Of a stretch of 54,085 nucleotides of DNA, positions 52,852 through 54,085 are shown piece after piece. The translations under genes and the position numbers were made by a program. The stretch is from a virus (lineage: Duplodnaviria; Caudoviricetes): positions 1 through 54,085 of IMG/VR virus record IMGVR_UViG_3300030330_004653. The stretch is one strand, 5' to 3'. Under the pieces are notes generated by a model, which did no database searches, was not told the origin of the DNA, and saw only the letters and a list, made by a program, of their open reading frames with translations. The first letter of the stretch is position 1. The number at the start of each line of letters is the position of its first letter.

Positions 52852-53044
52852 GTGGTGTGGTGTCTGTGTTAAATCCTAAATGCTTGCAGCTAAAAATGTG
52901 GTCAATTAATACACCTTCTCCGTATGCTTTTTTGATCAAGTCTTTTGCAACCATCTCAACAGAGTCTACCGCATCATACGGGCAGCTAAATCTGTGTATT
53001 GCACTCGTCCCGTCTTTGTGGGTTATATGCGCTTCGTAGTCCAT
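52817..53044 (-). CDS. Hypothetical protein
   Basis: GAGGAGG RBS. Confidence 0.7.
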   Translation of the reverse strand: MDYEAHITHKDGTSAIHRFSCPYDAVDSVEMVAKDLIKKAYGEGVLIDHIFSCKHLGFNTDTTPHEGDNDDQKNN

Positions 53045-53476
53045 TTATTCCTCCTCTGCCCAAGTGAAGATTGACTCATCTGGCACAAACGCCCAGCGAT
53101 CAAACTCTTTTATTTTGTTAGAGGATTGGTCGAGAATGAGTCGTTGTAATTCAACGAACTTCTTTAGCTTTTTTTCTATTTCAAGTGCCGTTAAAAAATG
53201 CGGATCATTTGACTTGAAAAATGGAGTCCCCCTCATAGGCAAGCCGTGCCGAGCACGCAATCTAAATTCGATAGAATCACAATCTTCTGAGGTTACTATT
53301 TTTTCATAATGGCTTGACGCTTTTTGGTCGTAGGCTGTCCATTGAAGGTTCTGAGCTTCTTTGACATGGATCTCAGCAGTATATCCGCTCGCCTCTGAAA
53401 TCAATCCTTTCCCCCGAAAAAACGATGCAGTTGGTATGACTTCATAAAAAAACATTGCTAAGTGGTGCTTACTCAT
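53045..53476 (-). CDS. Hypothetical protein
   Basis: CCAC leader and GAGGAGAGG RBS. Confidence 0.75.
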   Translation of the reverse strand: MSKHHLAMFFYEVIPTASFFRGKGLISEASGYTAEIHVKEAQNLQWTAYDQKASSHYEKIVTSEDCDSIEFRLRARHGLPMRGTPFFKSNDPHFLTALEIEKKLKKFVELQRLILDQSSNKIKEFDRWAFVPDESIFTWAEEE

Positions 53477-53594
53477 CTCTACCTCTCCTCATTATGTGGT
53501 GTGTGGTGTGTGGTGGGTGCAGGGGGCGCGGTGTCAACGGATACCATGCCAGTGTCTCTCTGGACCCTCTCCTCGGCGCGCCCCCTGCGGTTGC

Positions 53595-53831
53595 TTACTT
53601 GGTCGTGCGTGGTCTACCTCTGACTGTATTGTCTCGTAGCTTGGTTAGCTTTGATAGGTCTCGGTGTGTCAGCCTGCGCTGCCGCCCCTCCATGTGTCCG
53701 ACATTGTGCTGTAGCGAAATTTTATTTATCCACTTGATAGATCGGTCGAGTTTCTTCGCAGCCGCTGGGACCGAGTAGCTTGGTAGTAGCATGTCTGGGG
53801 TTGTGATTGATGGCTCATGGATTTCTGTCAT
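53595..53831 (-). CDS. HTH DNA-binding protein (excisionase/MerR-like)
   Basis: YSVPAAAKKLDRS..WI...G......R.L...D; C-terminal RGRP. Confidence 0.65.
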   Translation of the reverse strand: MTEIHEPSITTPDMLLPSYSVPAAAKKLDRSIKWINKISLQHNVGHMEGRQRRLTHRDLSKLTKLRDNTVRGRPRTTK

Positions 53832-54085
53832 CGTTTTTTGCGCTCCTTTAGTTTTTGGTCCAGTGGGGTGAGTCCGTCTGCTCTAATCCCATCCGAAACA
53901 CTCTTTAATATTTCACTGTCTGCTTTGGTGACCCTGTCCGCAGCGTCCTCAAGTCCTTTGTCTGTCAGATACCCAGACATTTTTTTGTTGAGTGCGCTGT
54001 AGTGGCTCAGGGCGTTGGACTGTAGCGCGCATATCGATTCGATGCGCTCCAGCTCTGCGCGTAGCTTTGCGCGATCTCTCGCGCT
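53828..54085 (-). CDS. ~99-aa ORF spanning the junction (starts at 141; MPQQKENDKWREGK...KERKKR)
   Basis: Hand translation stays open across the terminal repeat and couples to the genes on both sides. Confidence 0.75.
   Translation of the reverse strand, partial: SARDRAKLRAELERIESICALQSNALSHYSALNKKMSGYLTDKGLEDAADRVTKADSEILKSVSDGIRADGLTPLDQKLKERKKR
53988..54085. repeat. Terminal direct repeat, right copy
   Basis: Identical to 2-99. Confidence 0.95.

Noticed and set aside
1-54085. Alternative genetic code, DGR or retron, phage DNA/RNA polymerase
   Set aside because: Long ORFs are intact under code 11; I recognised no reverse transcriptase, TR/VR pair or family A/B polymerase motifs

Overview
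An apparently complete, circularly permuted temperate tailed phage genome with a podovirus-like virion gene set. Bases 2-99 repeat at 53988-54085 and one ORF reads through that junction, giving a unit length of about 53,986 bp. Layout: (i) a long minus-strand early operon running from a sigma70-type promoter at ~9017-9045 down to 1 and on through ~52015, with many small genes, an SNF2/HARP-like helicase and a Mom/XF1762-like GNAT; (ii) a plus-strand late region (9145-44555) with terminase, portal, scaffold, capsid, tail, a 1449-aa repeat protein, a 3817-aa polyvalent protein, tail fibre and a metallophosphoesterase; (iii) a tyrosine integrase with its att region; (iv) a minus-strand replication module (SSB-like, RusA-like, primase-helicase, M15 peptidase). 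Two observations stand out. First, five covarying, circularly permuted (type-P5) twister ribozymes punctuate the early operon; each sits just upstream of a CA-rich leader and RBS, and all lie downstream of a promoter followed by an rrn-like boxA and a structured non-coding leader. Second, a tRNA-Thr(UGU) gene is split into two halves on opposite strands that share an 8-bp inverted core, next to the integrase; one ~210-bp inversion would rebuild an intact tRNA and flip a terminator. All family calls come from recognising motifs by eye; no searches were run.
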